DNA of 64,000 bases from Takakia lepidozioides. Lineage: Eukaryota > Plantae > Bryophyta. Shown in pieces: positions 63,412 to 64,000 of this stretch. Below the pieces are notes generated by a model that worked only from the letters and a program-made list of their open reading frames with translations, was not told the DNA's origin and did no database searches. The position numbers and the translations under genes were made by a program. The stretch is from contig CM060734.1 of assembly GCA_030704615.1 (NCBI GenBank), positions 1,798,001 through 1,862,000 of the forward strand. The letters run 5' to 3'. How positions within the stretch are numbered: position 1 is the stretch's first letter; each line of letters opens with the position of its first letter.

Positions 63412-64000
63412 GTGAGTGTCATTACGGAGTTACCCAAGGGTTTTGAGGGGAGTACGGCTACAGGCAGTAACAGTGAGAGTGGGTTCACAAGACGAGGTAT
63501 TCGGTTCAGACCACCTTCACCGCCACCCTCAATTACTGTAGAGTCAGACACAGACTCGGAGGCTTCATCAACAGGTGTGCACTTTCATTCGCCATTGTTG
63601 TGGGACGACATGGAGGAGATGTATGGAGCTACCAAGGGGCCTCGTAGGTACTCTGGAGCTGTGGGCACAATCGAGTTGGATGACTTTATCCAGGAGTTCG
63701 ACAGCTGGTGTGATTTGCAGCAGATGCGCAATCCACAGCTATTCACCCCATTCATGGCGTGGAAGGGACTGTTCCAGCATTTGGAAGGCCGCCTATGGAC
63801 GATTACCACGAGTTCAGGCGAGGACATGAAGCAGAGATTGAGGAGTGGAGGATGTATTGGTCACCTGACTACGTCTCCATTACTCGAGGCACGACGCGAC
63901 CAGTAGCTGCATCAGTACCAATAGCTCCCACTGCCAGCACTAGTAGTGGAGCAAGTAGTGCTGGTACTTCTGCAGGTGGTACCAGTTCAAAAGGTGCTAC
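63412..64000 (+). CDS. gag N-terminus of copy 4 (partial)
   Basis: GFTRRGIRFRPPSPP...MEEMYGATKGPRRYSGAVGTIELDDFIQEFDSWCD as in the other copies. Confidence 0.85.

Larger units (their letters stand above)
59436..64000 (+). mobile_element. DNMT/PHD Gypsy family element, copy 4 (subfamily A), runs off the window
   Basis: A1 59436-59784 starting TGTCAAG, self-complementary primer site 59784-59802, cargo, then leader, ORF0 (62131-62879) and gag highly similar to copy 1. Confidence 0.92.

Overview
Repeat-rich nuclear DNA from a land plant, probably a non-seed plant (PLS-type PPR fragments, TTTAGGG repeats, spliced TOP3B and ARM genes); the species cannot be determined from the sequence. About half the window is four copies, in two subfamilies, of an unusual Ty3/Gypsy-type retrotransposon: copy 1 11311-22900, copy 2 ~26273-36381, copy 3 38734-44094, copy 4 59436->64000. 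Its coding order is gag - protease - DNMT3-like C5 cytosine methyltransferase - UAG-CAA-CCA readthrough-type stop - RT - RNase H - DDE integrase - PHD finger. It does not have two ordinary LTRs. The integrated form is A-[internal]-PPT-B-gc-A-B, whose ends fall inside the palindrome GACA|GC|TGTC, and the complete copy has a 4-bp target-site duplication. This is the arrangement expected if a 2-LTR circle integrates through an LTR-internal palindromic att site. The primer-binding position is complementary to the element's own LTR rather than to a tRNA end, and the slot after it carries copy-specific cargo, including a stearoyl-ACP desaturase fragment. Also present: an L1-type LINE, two other Gypsy relics, an ORF with a 2A-like GDIHPNPGP motif, satellites and foldbacks, a PPR mosaic, a TOP3B 5' fragment ending at interstitial telomere repeats, and an intact two-exon ARM-repeat gene. 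Many frameshifts sit in homopolymers and may be long-read errors rather than real decay.
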